Below, piece by piece: positions 7,254 through 17,845 of a DNA stretch of 64,000 bases (the stretch's first letter is position 1; each line of letters begins with the position of its first letter). The translations under genes and the position numbers were made by a program. Origin of the DNA: an uncultured Chitinophagaceae bacterium (GTDB taxonomy: Bacteria > Bacteroidota > Bacteroidia > Chitinophagales > Chitinophagaceae); contig CAYRBD010000005.1 in assembly GCA_964422465.1 (NCBI GenBank), positions 681-64,680 of the forward strand. Direction: 5' to 3'. Under the pieces are notes generated by a model that saw only the letters and a list, made by a program, of their open reading frames with translations, did no database searches and was not told where the DNA came from.

Positions 7254-9206
7254 ATGATTTCACAAGACAGCATACAGCAAATCCAAAACCGCATCGATAT
7301 TGTGGATATCATTGGAGATTTTGTGAGATTGAAGAAACGAGGGGTCAATTATCTGGGGCTCTGCCCTTTCCATAACGAGAAAACGCCCTCATTTACTGTT
7401 TCTCCCACCAAAGAAATATACAAATGCTTTGGTTGTGGCCGCAGCGGAAATGCCATTACTTTTTTAATGGAACACGAGAAATATTCCTTTGTAGAGGCCA
7501 TCAGGTGGCTTGCAGAGAAATACGGCATTGAGCTGGAAGAAACAACCCCCAGCCCCGAGGCTACCGCTCAGAGACAACTTGCCGAAAGTCTTTACATTGT
7601 AAACCAGTTTGCTCAAAAATATTTTACCGACACCCTATTGGATTCAGAAGAAGGCCAAACTATTGGGAAAAGTTACTTCGAGAAACGTGGCTTCTCGGAA
7701 GAAACCATGCGCAAATTTCAATTGGGCTATTGTAAAGAAAGTTGGGATGATTTCTCTACAGAGGCCCTAAAAAAAGGTTATAAGCTCGAATATCTTCAAA
7801 AGGCCGGGCTAACGGTGGTTCGAAATGACCGGCCCAGAGACAATTACCGTGGCAGGGTAATCTTTCCTATTCACAACCAAAGTGGAAAAGTAATTGGTTT
7901 TGGCGCCCGCATTCTGAAAAAAAATGATAATGCCCCCAAATACATTAACACGCCTGAAAATGAAATTTACGAGAAACGGCGTTTGCTCTATGGGACTTAT
8001 TTCGCCCGTCATGCCATAGACAAGTTAGATGAATGTCTGCTGGTAGAAGGATACACCGATGTAATCTCTTTACATCAGGCTGGAATGGAAAATGTGGTGG
8101 CATCTTCGGGCACCTCGCTAACAGAAGATCAGTTGCGGCTAATCAAAAAATATACTTCTAACCTGACCATCCTATACGATGGAGATTCCGCCGGCATAAA
8201 AGCGGCCCTGCGGGGACTGGATATGGCCCTGGAAGAAAGCCTGAACGTAAAACTGGTGCTGTTGCCCGAAGGTGAAGATCCTGACAGCTACGTGCAAAGG
8301 GTAGGGGCACCGGTCTTCACGGAGTTTATTGCCAAAAACAAGAAAGATTTTATTCTTTTTAAGCTCCAGGTTTCCCTGGCAGATGCGAAGAAGGATCCAA
8401 CGAAGAAAGCAGAACTGGTCAATGAAATTGCAGAAACCCTTTCCCGAATCAACAAAACGGAGGATTTTACCAAGCAACAGGACTATATTCGGGAATGCAG
8501 CCGGATGTTAGACATTGATGAAGAGGGACTTACCGCCCTCGTCAATCAGTTTATCCGGAAGCAAATCCAGAAAAAAAGATGGGAGCATACCCGGGAAAAG
8601 GAAAAGCAGGAAGCGGCAGACCGGGAGAAAAATAAGACGGCTGCCGATGCCGCCGCCCCTGCAGATGACCTGCTCAACCTGATGACGGATGAAGAGAGGC
8701 AGGAAAAAGACCTGGTCCGTGTTCTGATTGAGCATGGAGATAAAATGTGGGATGAGGAACATACCGTGGCCGCACATATTTTCCATTCTTCCCTTAATTT
8801 TGAACTGATTGCTAATCAAACCGTCCGTGAAATACTGACAGAATACAAGCGGCAGTTTGACGAGGGTCAACTCCCGGATGAAAAATTTTTCCTTTATCAT
8901 ATCAATCAGGAAATTAGTAAGTTAGCCGTTAATTTGCTCTATACACCTTATGAAATCAGTCACAACTGGCTGGACTTGTATAAGATTACGGTCCCTGCCA
9001 AAGAAGACCTTTATAAAGAGGATGTAAGTTCAGCAATTAGTTATTTGATGCTAAAGATGGTACGACTATTGATACATCAGAACCAAAAAGAACTCAATTC
9101 TGTCTCAGAGGCGGAAGAGCAAATAAAAATCATGGAAGTTCACCAACAGCTTAAAAAAGCAGAAAAGGAAATTGCAGAGGAGTTGGGGTTGGTTATCAGA
9201 AAATAG
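7254..9206 (+). CDS. dnaG: DNA primase
   Basis: CHC2 zinc finger (CPFHNEKTPSF...CFGCG), RNA polymerase core, and TOPRIM motifs (EGYTDV, DGDSAG). Confidence 0.95.
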   Translation: MISQDSIQQIQNRIDIVDIIGDFVRLKKRGVNYLGLCPFHNEKTPSFTVSPTKEIYKCFGCGRSGNAITFLMEHEKYSFVEAIRWLAEKYGIELEETTPSPEATAQRQLAESLYIVNQFAQKYFTDTLLDSEEGQTIGKSYFEKRGFSEETMRKFQLGYCKESWDDFSTEALKKGYKLEYLQKAGLTVVRNDRPRDNYRGRVIFPIHNQSGKVIGFGARILKKNDNAPKYINTPENEIYEKRRLLYGTYFARHAIDKLDECLLVEGYTDVISLHQAGMENVVASSGTSLTEDQLRLIKKYTSNLTILYDGDSAGIKAALRGLDMALEESLNVKLVLLPEGEDPDSYVQRVGAPVFTEFIAKNKKDFILFKLQVSLADAKKDPTKKAELVNEIAETLSRINKTEDFTKQQDYIRECSRMLDIDEEGLTALVNQFIRKQIQKKRWEHTREKEKQEAADREKNKTAADAAAPADDLLNLMTDEERQEKDLVRVLIEHGDKMWDEEHTVAAHIFHSSLNFELIANQTVREILTEYKRQFDEGQLPDEKFFLYHINQEISKLAVNLLYTPYEISHNWLDLYKITVPAKEDLYKEDVSSAISYLMLKMVRLLIHQNQKELNSVSEAEEQIKIMEVHQQLKKAEKEIAEELGLVIRK

Positions 9207-9249
9207 GGGCGGACAGCGATTGAGTTAAAGGGATTGTTAAAAAAGAACT

Positions 9250-9257
9250 TATTTTTG
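9250..9257 (+). promoter_or_regulatory. -7 promoter box TATTTTTG upstream of the 437 aa orphan
   Basis: Exact TAnnTTTG match ending 34 nt before the ATG at 9292. Confidence 0.35.
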
Positions 9258-9291
9258 TGCTATTTATTGAATAAACCATACCTTAATTCTT

Positions 9292-10605
9292 ATGTTCAAC
9301 TTGAAAGTATTATTATTGGTTACACTTATCTCATGCCCTTTTTTACTCCAGGCACAGGATACTACGCTTGTTCCGACAAAAGATTCTGGTCTTGTAGCTC
9401 CGAAGGATACTTTTATTCAAAAAATGGATACGCTCCCTCCGGCCCGATTAGACCGGAACCAGGAACATCAGCGGGAAATTGAATATCGCGATACGGCCTT
9501 AGACCGGGTCGTTGAGCAATTGAATTCGATTAAGGAAAATGCCAAACAAAATGCCACCGCTATTCATGGCCTGCTGCAAGGTAAACAAATAGACAACAAG
9601 ACCAAGTATAAACTGATGAAAAGCAACCTCATCAGCGCAACCCGTACCTACTACCTGCTGAACAAGAAGATTATTGACCTGAAATCCCGTACAACTTCCA
9701 ACAATCTGGATGTATTTATCACCTCCCTCAATAACCCCGAAAGCAAGGCTCTGGGCTTCTCTTTCAGTGAAAAAATCATTAATCTGGTAAAAACAGTCAT
9801 CCTTCACGGAAAGGCTACTAAAAATAAAAGAAACGAAAAAATTGTGAGTACCACGGAATCTATCCTGAAAAGTCCCATTTTTCAAAGCATGGTGACGCTC
9901 ACTCCCCCCCTTGCCATCGCTAACTCGGTAATGACCTTTTTTCACACCCTGAGCGTGAACGACAAACACATTAATACCAATACCCTGAATGAGTTTGAGA
10001 AAGAAGTAAATAAATATGTAAGCTATTACACGGTACTGAATGAGGGCAATCAGAAATTCCAATATGGCCTTAACTTCAATAAGGATCAATTGAACATGTT
10101 GCAGCAAAACATGTATGATCACCTGCTGTTTACTGCAAGTGCCCTGGACCTGCCCGCACCAAAACGCAATGGGAATGAGCCGCTGGGCGTTACCTTAAAT
10201 CACTATTTTCTGACTTTTAACCAGGAAGCTACCAAGAATTTCTTTGACAAACTGGAAAAGAAATATACCAAAAATGGGAAGATTGATTACGAGCAACTAC
10301 TTCGTGAAAATATGAGCCTCAAAGAAGCTAATAACCAGCTGGAGGACCTCGTAATGCAGACCAAAAGATTTGAGAATCTGTATAACGAATACTTTAACCT
10401 GATTAACAATTACTACAACAAAGTCATAAGCGCCCTTACGCTGGCACAAGATAACGGTCTGGCAGATAAAAATATTGTAAGCCAAAAAAAGCAGGAATTT
10501 AATAACTTAAAACAAGAAGCCGTAACAGACATGAAAGCTTCCATCAATATTAAAGAACTGGAGAATAACACGGATAATATCAAATATCGATATAAGATTT
10601 TTTAA
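9292..10605 (+). CDS. Hypothetical secreted protein, mostly alpha-helical, N/K/Q-rich
   Basis: Signal peptide MFNLKVLLLVTLISCPFLLQAQ. No enzymatic motif or family recognised. The long uninterrupted ORF has its own promoter box. Confidence 0.6.
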   Translation: MFNLKVLLLVTLISCPFLLQAQDTTLVPTKDSGLVAPKDTFIQKMDTLPPARLDRNQEHQREIEYRDTALDRVVEQLNSIKENAKQNATAIHGLLQGKQIDNKTKYKLMKSNLISATRTYYLLNKKIIDLKSRTTSNNLDVFITSLNNPESKALGFSFSEKIINLVKTVILHGKATKNKRNEKIVSTTESILKSPIFQSMVTLTPPLAIANSVMTFFHTLSVNDKHINTNTLNEFEKEVNKYVSYYTVLNEGNQKFQYGLNFNKDQLNMLQQNMYDHLLFTASALDLPAPKRNGNEPLGVTLNHYFLTFNQEATKNFFDKLEKKYTKNGKIDYEQLLRENMSLKEANNQLEDLVMQTKRFENLYNEYFNLINNYYNKVISALTLAQDNGLADKNIVSQKKQEFNNLKQEAVTDMKASINIKELENNTDNIKYRYKIF

Positions 10606-10612
10606 TCTCCGC

Positions 10613-12067
10613 CTACTTCCATCCTCCTCCTAAGGCCCGGTACAGTTGGATGCGTGCGGTCAGCAAATTGGCTTTAGCCTTCACCAGGTCCAATTCACTG
10701 TTCAGGGCTTCTCCCTGCGCGGTAATTACTTCCAGGTAGGTGGCAAAGCCCGCCCGGAACAGCATCCGGGAACTGGCTACCGCCTTTTGTGAAACCTTTT
10801 GTTGTTCTTTCGCTATTTCCAATTGTTCTTCCAGTTTTTTGATGGAAATCTGTGAATTTTCAATATCTGTGACGGCTTTATATACCTCTCGTTGAAAATT
10901 AATTTCTGCCTCATCTCTTTCCATTTTGGCTACTTCAAAATCGGTTTTAAGCTTCCTGCCATTGAAAATGGGCGCCGTTAACCCGCCAGCAAATGCGCCT
11001 AATAAAGATCCGGGGATATTAAACCAATTTTTAGCCAGCACCGCATTCATACCGCCCGAAAGCGAAATCGTCAGGTTGGGGTAACGGGCGGCCTGGGTAA
11101 CCCCCACCTGTGCGTTGGCTGCCTTGAGTTCATAACGGGCAATAAGTACATCCGGACGGTTTTGAACCAGATACAGGGGCAATTTGCTTACTCTTTTATA
11201 GGCACTATCCATGGCGAAAAACCTGGGTTTCCTTTTAATTTTCCCCGGCAATTCACCCACCAAAAGCCTCAATTTATTTTCCTGAAGCGCTCTTTCTTTT
11301 TCCAGGTCCGGTACCAGGGCAGCGGCTTCCAAAACCTGAGACTGCGATTGCTGGACGGCAAGCGCAGTAACTTCTCCCGCTTTATACTGCAACTGGATCA
11401 TTCTCAGGGTACTATCCCTGAAATGATAATTTTTCTTAGCTACCTCAAGCTGCTCATCCAGCATCAGCAGGGTGTAATAATCCTCGGCCACCGTAGCAAC
11501 TACCTCCGTCTGGATGGCCTTTCTGGCCTGGAAAGACTGAAGATATAACGCTCTGGCTGCACGTTTTTGATTCTTTAGCTTCCCCCAAATATCCAACTCC
11601 CAATCCAGGGCGCCTACGTTGGAATATTCTGATGCATTTACATACATATTGGCCGGCGCCTTTTTCCCTTTATGTTTATACCAGTCATCCAACGATGAAA
11701 ACCTTGAATCTCTGGAATACCATCTTCTTTCTATATTCAACAAATTGAGGTTGAGATAAGGGTAAAAGGCAGCTTTAGATTCCTTATAATATTGATTGTT
11801 AATATCAATTTCTTTATTCGCTGTACGGATATCAAAATTTTGCCTGAAGGCATCGTCAATGAGTTGAACTAACAAGGTATCCTGAAAAAAGTCTTTCCAT
11901 GGAATGATTGCGTCATCCAGATTTTGAGATATGGAATCGGGCAGAATAAATTCATCGGGCAGGTTCATATCTGCGGTAGAGTATGTTTCTGTAACCTTAC
12001 AGGCAGAGAACACCAACAGGCCGGAGACAATGATAACAGACAATTTTAAATTTTTCAATTTACGCAT
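10613..12067 (-). CDS. RND efflux outer membrane factor lipoprotein (NodT/TolC family)
   Basis: Start chosen at ATG 12067 (MRKLKNLKLSVIIVSGLLVFSAC, lipobox Cys), 4 nt after the pump stop. The track start at 12172 would overlap the pump gene. The C-terminus LYRALGGGW is typical of NodT. Confidence 0.85.
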   Translation of the reverse strand: MRKLKNLKLSVIIVSGLLVFSACKVTETYSTADMNLPDEFILPDSISQNLDDAIIPWKDFFQDTLLVQLIDDAFRQNFDIRTANKEIDINNQYYKESKAAFYPYLNLNLLNIERRWYSRDSRFSSLDDWYKHKGKKAPANMYVNASEYSNVGALDWELDIWGKLKNQKRAARALYLQSFQARKAIQTEVVATVAEDYYTLLMLDEQLEVAKKNYHFRDSTLRMIQLQYKAGEVTALAVQQSQSQVLEAAALVPDLEKERALQENKLRLLVGELPGKIKRKPRFFAMDSAYKRVSKLPLYLVQNRPDVLIARYELKAANAQVGVTQAARYPNLTISLSGGMNAVLAKNWFNIPGSLLGAFAGGLTAPIFNGRKLKTDFEVAKMERDEAEINFQREVYKAVTDIENSQISIKKLEEQLEIAKEQQKVSQKAVASSRMLFRAGFATYLEVITAQGEALNSELDLVKAKANLLTARIQLYRALGGGWK

Positions 12068-12071
12068 ATAG

Positions 12072-15000
12072 TTAATCTCCTTTTTTAAAGCGGGCTTTAA
12101 GATTTTCATCAATGGTTCTGAAAATGATAAAAAGCACCGGTACGATAAATATCCCCAGGAGGACTCCTGCAATCATTCCGCCGGCAGCGGCAAAACTGAT
12201 TGAGTGGTTTCCCTGTGCCGAGGGACCCGTAGTCCACATCAGGGGAATCAGCCCGGCAACAAAAGCAAGAGAGGTCATCAATATAGGCCGTAATCTTAAG
12301 TGGGCGCCCTGGATAGCGGCCTCATAGATAGAATGGCCTGCCTTTCGGGATTGAGCAGAATATTCAACCATCAGGATGGCATTTTTAGCCAACAATCCAA
12401 TGAGCATGATTAAACCTACCTGCACATAAATGTTGTTTTGCAGGCCCACCAGGTTAATAACACCATAAACGCCGATCAACCCCACAGGTATAGATAACAA
12501 AATAGAAAGAGGAAGAAAATAACTCTCATACAGGCCAGACAAAAGAAAATAGACAAACAATATACTCAATAAAATGATAAAAGCGGTTTGCCCACCCGAC
12601 TCCTTTTCCTCCCGGCTCATTCCGGTCCATTCAAACTGATAATTTCCAGGCAATTGCTGGTCAGCTACTTCTTCTACAGCCTGCATGGCTTGTCCGGTAC
12701 TGTACCCTTTGGCGGGAATGGCATTTATTTCAATGCTGTTATACAGGTTGTAACGAGTAACAATCTCCGGCCCGAAAGTCTTCGTCATCCGGACAAGGGT
12801 GCTTACCGGGACCATGTCTCCTTCTTTATTCCTGACATAAATAGAACTTAGCGATTCGGGCGTAGCGCTGAATTGTGGTGCTGCCTGTACATACACCCTG
12901 TTTAAGCGGTTAAAAAGGTTAAATTCGCTGACCCTGACGCGGGAATAATACTGGCGAACGTTGTTGAGCATATCTTTTATATTCACGCCCATAGCCAGCG
13001 CCTTATCCTTATCCACATTTAATTCATATTGTGGAAAATTGGGTTGAAAGGTAGTGCCGGCTTGTAAAATTTCCGGACGGCTGTTCAGCGCTTGCAAAAA
13101 AGTATCAGAAACGGCGCCAAAGGTTTGAAAACTCCCTGCAAGCCGGTCTTCCAATACAAAATGCACTCCTGCCTGATTGCTGAAGCCTGTAACGGTAGGC
13201 CGGGTAAATACAGTGACAGAGGCCCCCTTGATTTGAGATAAATCCTTTCTGACGGTGTCTATAAACTGATCAATCTTTTTGATGCCTTTTCTTTCGGCAT
13301 AAGGGTACATGCTGATATAACCTATGGCATAAGAGGTGCTATTCGTGCCATCAATTCCGTTGTAACCTGCGGTGCTGGACATGCTCATGATCTCTTTTCT
13401 CTTTTTGAGAATGTCAATTGCCTTATTAAGCACGCTGGTGGTACGGGCAAGGGAAGAACTGGGAGGAAGTTGGATAGAATATTCAATGAAACCATCATCC
13501 TCCGTAGGGATAAAGGCCGTTGGCGTAAATTTCATGAGCACAAACCCGATAAGGGCAATGAGCACGAGGCCGCCTATCGCCAGTTTCTTTTTTCTTGTAA
13601 GAAATTTAATTGCTTCCACATACCGGCCGGTCATGGTTTCAAAAGAAGTATTGAATGCCAGGAAAAATCGATTAATGAAAGCTTTGAGTTTCCCCTTTGT
13701 TGTATGCGGATCGGCATGGGATAATTCCGCAACGTTTGTTTCCTTTGATACTTTCTTATGCCTTCTTAAAATAAGCGCACAAAGTGCCGGGGATAAGGTT
13801 AAAGCATTCATCGCAGAAATCAGGATGGCCAGCGCCAGCGTATAGGCAAATTGTCGGTAAAAAATACCGGAGGGACCTTCCATAAAGCCAATGGGAAGAA
13901 ATACAGCCGCCATCACCAGCGTAATGGATACAATGGCCGGTGTAATCTCTCTCATGGTAGAAATAGTGGCGTTCGTAGGACTCAGGGTCGTGCTGTCCAT
14001 CTTATGATGAACAGCCTCCACGACGACTATCGCATCATCCACAACAATGCCAATGGCCAGAACAAGCGCAAACATGGTAAGCACATTGATAGAAAAACCC
14101 AATATATAAATAAAGAAAAATGTACCGATAAGCGAAACCGGGATGGCTATGGCGGGGATAAGAGTAGCCCTGAAATTCTGGAGGAAAATAAATACAATGA
14201 TAAAAACCAGAATGAAGGCTTCAAATAAAGTATGCACCACTTCTGAAATAGATTCATCTACCTGATCACGAACGCTGTAAGTAATGTTGTATTTCAGTCC
14301 TTTAGGAAAATCTTTTGCTAATTCCTTCATTTTTTTACGCACCCCAATATCAATATCCCGCGCATTGGAACCTACATTCTGGGTGATGTTCATCGTTAAT
14401 CCCGGATAACCATCCACCCTGTTTTCATTATTGGCATTAGTGGGGCCCAAATAGATACGGGCTACATCCCTCAAATGCAGGATAGAGCCATCTTTATTGG
14501 TCTTGATAACAATATCACCAAACTCCTCCTTTGAGGTGAACCGACCCGTATATTTAATGATGGTTTCAAAAGTCTGATTGGAGTTTTGACCAAATTCACC
14601 GGGCGCAATTTCAAAATTCTGATTTTTGACTGCGTTCTTTATATCATCAGGAACCAGGCCGTAAGCCTTCATCTTATCAGGATTAAGCCAAATACGCATA
14701 GCATAATTTCGTGCCCCTACTTTGTTCACCTCTGCTACGCCGTCTATTCTGGATAATTCACGCACGACTTCCCTGTTGGCATAAGCCTGAAGGAAGGTTT
14801 CATTCATGGCCGGGTCTATGCTATACATGTTAAGCGTCATGATCACACCCGTCTGCCGTGGCGTTACCGAAACCCCATCGGTGACTACCTCTGCCGGAAG
14901 ATCGGTCAAAGCCTTTGAGGTACGTGTTTGTACATTAACAGCAGCCTGGTTGGGATCAGTACCCGGTTTGAAAAATACATTGATCGTTCCACTGCCGGAG

Positions 15001-15248
15001 GAGGCATTGGATTTCATGTAGGTCATGTTCTCCACCCCGTTAATTTTCTCCTCCAACGGGAGTAAAACGCTCTCTGCTATTGTCTCAGCATCAGCGCCGG
15101 AATAAGAGGCGGAAACAGAAACACTGGGGGGCGCTATTTCCGGAAATCTGGTGATCGGTAATTTGATAATCCCCACTACTCCCAACAGGACAAGGATCAA
15201 AGAAATAACCGTGGCTAATACCGGCCGGGTGATGAACTTTTTTAACAT
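12072..15248 (-). CDS. RND multidrug efflux permease (AcrB/HAE1 family)
   Basis: 1058 aa with 12-TM RND architecture and two large periplasmic loops. Typical N-terminus FITRPVLATVISLILVLLG and the VVDDAIVVVE motif in TM4. Confidence 0.95.
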   Translation of the reverse strand: MLKKFITRPVLATVISLILVLLGVVGIIKLPITRFPEIAPPSVSVSASYSGADAETIAESVLLPLEEKINGVENMTYMKSNASSGSGTINVFFKPGTDPNQAAVNVQTRTSKALTDLPAEVVTDGVSVTPRQTGVIMTLNMYSIDPAMNETFLQAYANREVVRELSRIDGVAEVNKVGARNYAMRIWLNPDKMKAYGLVPDDIKNAVKNQNFEIAPGEFGQNSNQTFETIIKYTGRFTSKEEFGDIVIKTNKDGSILHLRDVARIYLGPTNANNENRVDGYPGLTMNITQNVGSNARDIDIGVRKKMKELAKDFPKGLKYNITYSVRDQVDESISEVVHTLFEAFILVFIIVFIFLQNFRATLIPAIAIPVSLIGTFFFIYILGFSINVLTMFALVLAIGIVVDDAIVVVEAVHHKMDSTTLSPTNATISTMREITPAIVSITLVMAAVFLPIGFMEGPSGIFYRQFAYTLALAILISAMNALTLSPALCALILRRHKKVSKETNVAELSHADPHTTKGKLKAFINRFFLAFNTSFETMTGRYVEAIKFLTRKKKLAIGGLVLIALIGFVLMKFTPTAFIPTEDDGFIEYSIQLPPSSSLARTTSVLNKAIDILKKRKEIMSMSSTAGYNGIDGTNSTSYAIGYISMYPYAERKGIKKIDQFIDTVRKDLSQIKGASVTVFTRPTVTGFSNQAGVHFVLEDRLAGSFQTFGAVSDTFLQALNSRPEILQAGTTFQPNFPQYELNVDKDKALAMGVNIKDMLNNVRQYYSRVRVSEFNLFNRLNRVYVQAAPQFSATPESLSSIYVRNKEGDMVPVSTLVRMTKTFGPEIVTRYNLYNSIEINAIPAKGYSTGQAMQAVEEVADQQLPGNYQFEWTGMSREEKESGGQTAFIILLSILFVYFLLSGLYESYFLPLSILLSIPVGLIGVYGVINLVGLQNNIYVQVGLIMLIGLLAKNAILMVEYSAQSRKAGHSIYEAAIQGAHLRLRPILMTSLAFVAGLIPLMWTTGPSAQGNHSISFAAAGGMIAGVLLGIFIVPVLFIIFRTIDENLKARFKKGD

Positions 15249-15299
15249 GCTTTATCTGGGCTTTTCAAAAATATATGCGTTTGATTATAATCAACAGGG

Positions 15300-16535
15300 T
15301 TAAAGTGAATCTCCTCCGCCACCGGAGGTGTCCAGACTCTGGGGATATACCTTTGGGGCAACAAGCGTGTCCGGTTGGTACGGCAACGGCTTTATTTTCA
15401 TGCTGTCCGTAACTTTATCCAGCCCTTCCACCAGGATGCGATCTCCTATGTTTAATCCCTTTGTTACAATATAAAGGTTATGGGGAGCTTCGGGACCCAC
15501 GTTGATCAATTGACGCACAACAGTATTCTGAGGCGTTAATTTTTTCACAAAGGTTTCTGTCTGAAGTTCATAGGTTGCTTTTTGTGGAATAATAATTCTC
15601 CCGCTTCTTCTCTTATTTAAAACCAAAGTACCTGTATTTCCCGATCGGAGGATGTTATTCTCATTAGGGAAAGTCGCCCGCATCATAATAGAGCCCGTAT
15701 TCTTATTAACCTGACCGGAAGAGGCATCTATAACCCCTTTGTGTGGATAAACTGAACCGTCAGAGAGAATAAGAGAGACTACCCGGTCGGTATCAATGTG
15801 TTTTGCCGCCGAATTGAGGCCGGTTCCGGTAAACGACTGTTCCCGAAGCATCTGATAAAAATCAGATTCGCTTATTGAGAAATAAACATATACCTCATGT
15901 ACATCAGTCAGTACGGTAATGGGTTCTTTATCTCCCGGATTTACCAGGTTTCCTATTCTTTTTGGAATTCTACCGATATAGCCGCTTACAGGGGCTTCTA
16001 TTGTGGTATAGCCCAATTGAATTCTGGCATTGGCTACCTCCGCGGAAGCCTGCTTCAGATTAGCTTGTGCCACCTCGTATTCAGATTTTGCAGTCTTCAG
16101 CCTTACGGGGGAAATAACTTCATTTTCTACCAGCGGCTTCAGCCTTTCCACTTCCAGCTGGGCATTAGCCAGCTTGGCTTTTTCTACATTTTCGTTGGCA
16201 ATGGCCTGGTTCAGGTCCTGCTGATAGGTTTGAGGATTAATTTTAAAAAGCTTTTGTCCTTTTTTTACAAAATCTCCTTCATCCACATAGGCTTTTTCCA
16301 ATTCCCCCGTTACTTGCGGGCGAATCTCTACATCAATTTTACCTTCTACCGTACCCAGGAAGTTCTTGGTAAGCACCACCGTGCCGGTGTCCACTTTATA
16401 AACAGGAAGTGCAATTTCGTTATCGTTTTGGGTGTTTTTTTGTGAAATAGAGGAACAGCCGATTCCTAATAAAAAAAGGAATAAAAATCCATAACAAGCT
16501 TTTCTGCTTGATATTTTCATAAATGATGTTTTCAT
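15300..16535 (-). CDS. RND efflux periplasmic adaptor (membrane fusion protein)
   Basis: Lipoprotein signal (LGIGCSS), coiled-coil hairpin, and barrel-sandwich motifs (GYIGRIPKRIGNLV). First gene of the MFP-RND-OMF operon. Confidence 0.9.
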   Translation of the reverse strand: MKTSFMKISSRKACYGFLFLFLLGIGCSSISQKNTQNDNEIALPVYKVDTGTVVLTKNFLGTVEGKIDVEIRPQVTGELEKAYVDEGDFVKKGQKLFKINPQTYQQDLNQAIANENVEKAKLANAQLEVERLKPLVENEVISPVRLKTAKSEYEVAQANLKQASAEVANARIQLGYTTIEAPVSGYIGRIPKRIGNLVNPGDKEPITVLTDVHEVYVYFSISESDFYQMLREQSFTGTGLNSAAKHIDTDRVVSLILSDGSVYPHKGVIDASSGQVNKNTGSIMMRATFPNENNILRSGNTGTLVLNKRRSGRIIIPQKATYELQTETFVKKLTPQNTVVRQLINVGPEAPHNLYIVTKGLNIGDRILVEGLDKVTDSMKIKPLPYQPDTLVAPKVYPQSLDTSGGGGDSL

Positions 16536-16675
16536 GTATTATTTATATCTTGATCCTGAGATGGAAGGATAAGTCCCCACAGAACTAGTTAAACGAAGAA
16601 GTCTGCCCCTTCAATTTGTGGCATAAAAGCAAAAAAAATGCCATGAAGGCCTAAAAAAATGTTAATAGCCTGTTA

Positions 16676-17080
16676 TCATCCATTAGTGGGATGAGCTGTG
16701 GCTAACACCACCCGCGCCCCCAGTTCCTGGGCTATTTGCATGACATCTACCAGGTATTCAATAGGAACCGTTTTATCTGCATTGACCACAATGGTAGCAC
16801 CCTGCGGATCCTGGTTGAGTTTGGGGATAAGAGCATCTTTTAACTGATCTAAGGTTACTTTTGTCGTACCAACATAAAACTGGCTGTTGTGATCAATAGA
16901 GACCACTACCGTTTGTTTGGCCTTGGTGTTGCTTTGGGCCTTGGGCAACATAACTTTAATCACATTCGGATTGGCGAGGGTGGCTACAATAAGGAAAAAC
17001 ATCACCAGAATGAACAGGATATCATTTAGGGCGCCACTCTCCACATGGGCTTCTGATCGTAATTTGCTTCTCAGGTTCAT
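16676..17080 (-). CDS. exbD: Biopolymer transport protein ExbD/TolR
   Basis: Single N-terminal TM helix (LNDILFILVMFFLIV) and a periplasmic domain. First ATG at 17080. The track start at 17086 is GTG and remains possible. Confidence 0.85.
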   Translation of the reverse strand: MNLRSKLRSEAHVESGALNDILFILVMFFLIVATLANPNVIKVMLPKAQSNTKAKQTVVVSIDHNSQFYVGTTKVTLDQLKDALIPKLNQDPQGATIVVNADKTVPIEYLVDVMQIAQELGARVVLATAHPTNG

Positions 17081-17094
17081 CTTCACTAATTATT

Positions 17095-17811
17095 TTAAAC
17101 CGTTGTAGGCTCCTGCAAAATATCTACAAACTCGGCGGAAGCTGCTTCCATCTTATTGATCAATTTATCTACCTGAGCCACAAGATAGTGATGAGCAACA
17201 TAAGCAAGAATACCGATAACCAGGCCGGTAGCAGAGGTAATCATTTTAATATAAATCCCACCGGCAATGACTCCGAGCGTAATATTATTAGTTACCGAGA
17301 TATCAAAAAACAACTGGATCATACCGGCAATGGTTCCCAAAAAGCCAAACATGGGAGCGATAGCAGCGATCATAGATAAGATGATCAGGTTTTTCTCCAC
17401 ATGGTAAATCTGAAGTTTACCCGTATTTTCCATGGCTTTTTCAATATATTCTATGGGCTTTCCAATCCGGATTACTCCTTTTTCAATCATTCTTGCCGCG
17501 GGGTTCCGGGTATTTTTTGCCAGAGAACGAGCTGCTTGTACATTTCCGGTAGTAATGTGATCACGGATCATCGGCATAAAATTATCCTCAATCCGGTTGG
17601 CCTTTTTTATGGCCAGGTAACGTTCAAAAAAGACATAAATAGCAATTAACAACAGAACAGCCAAAGGGATCATCAGCACACCTCCCTTAACCAGCATGCT
17701 CAACAAATTCATGTGCATATCCTGGGGAGCCTCTATTTGACCATTCATTCGGCTCAGGGTATCAGCCATCTTCAGGGAGGTATCCTGAATTTGTAACAGG
17801 GAAATACTCAT
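17095..17811 (-). CDS. exbB: MotA/TolQ/ExbB proton channel protein
   Basis: Three TM helices and the conserved C-terminal region MIAAIAPMFGFLGTIAGMIQLF. Confidence 0.9.
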   Translation of the reverse strand: MSISLLQIQDTSLKMADTLSRMNGQIEAPQDMHMNLLSMLVKGGVLMIPLAVLLLIAIYVFFERYLAIKKANRIEDNFMPMIRDHITTGNVQAARSLAKNTRNPAARMIEKGVIRIGKPIEYIEKAMENTGKLQIYHVEKNLIILSMIAAIAPMFGFLGTIAGMIQLFFDISVTNNITLGVIAGGIYIKMITSATGLVIGILAYVAHHYLVAQVDKLINKMEAASAEFVDILQEPTTV

Positions 17812-17845
17812 TTATAATTATAAATTATAGTAACTAATAAAAGTT

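Noticed and set aside
8560-8720. Low-complexity K/E/A-rich stretch in dnaG, screened as a possible repeat element.
   Set aside because: It is in frame within the primase and corresponds to the variable linker before the helicase-binding domain. It is not a nucleotide-level tandem repeat.
9499-10122. 207 aa ORF antisense to the 437 aa secreted-protein gene.
   Set aside because: It lies entirely inside a longer ORF that has a signal peptide and a promoter box. Its sequence is low-complexity mirror-frame translation, and it has no promoter or start context of its own.
12068-12172. N-terminal extensions offered by the ORF track. These are 12172 for the outer membrane factor, 24239 for tetR, 55564 for fabD, 59039 for typA, 61462 for the helicase, and 20553, 48869, 52090, 57179 and 63254 for others.
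   Set aside because: The extensions overlap upstream genes, start at GTG or TTG, or contain the gene's own -7 box. Downstream ATG starts give canonical N-termini.
15897-16445. 182 aa ORF antisense to the RND adaptor gene. Similar shadow ORFs occur at 13372-13845, 13851-14228 and 8508-8900.
   Set aside because: They sit inside confidently identified genes on the opposite strand and have no independent signals.
16600-16675. Weak hairpins (GGCAT...ATGCC and GCC-TTCAT-GGC plus a T-run on the minus strand) downstream of exbD, considered as a terminator.
   Set aside because: The stems are only 3-5 bp with a large loop, which is too weak to call.
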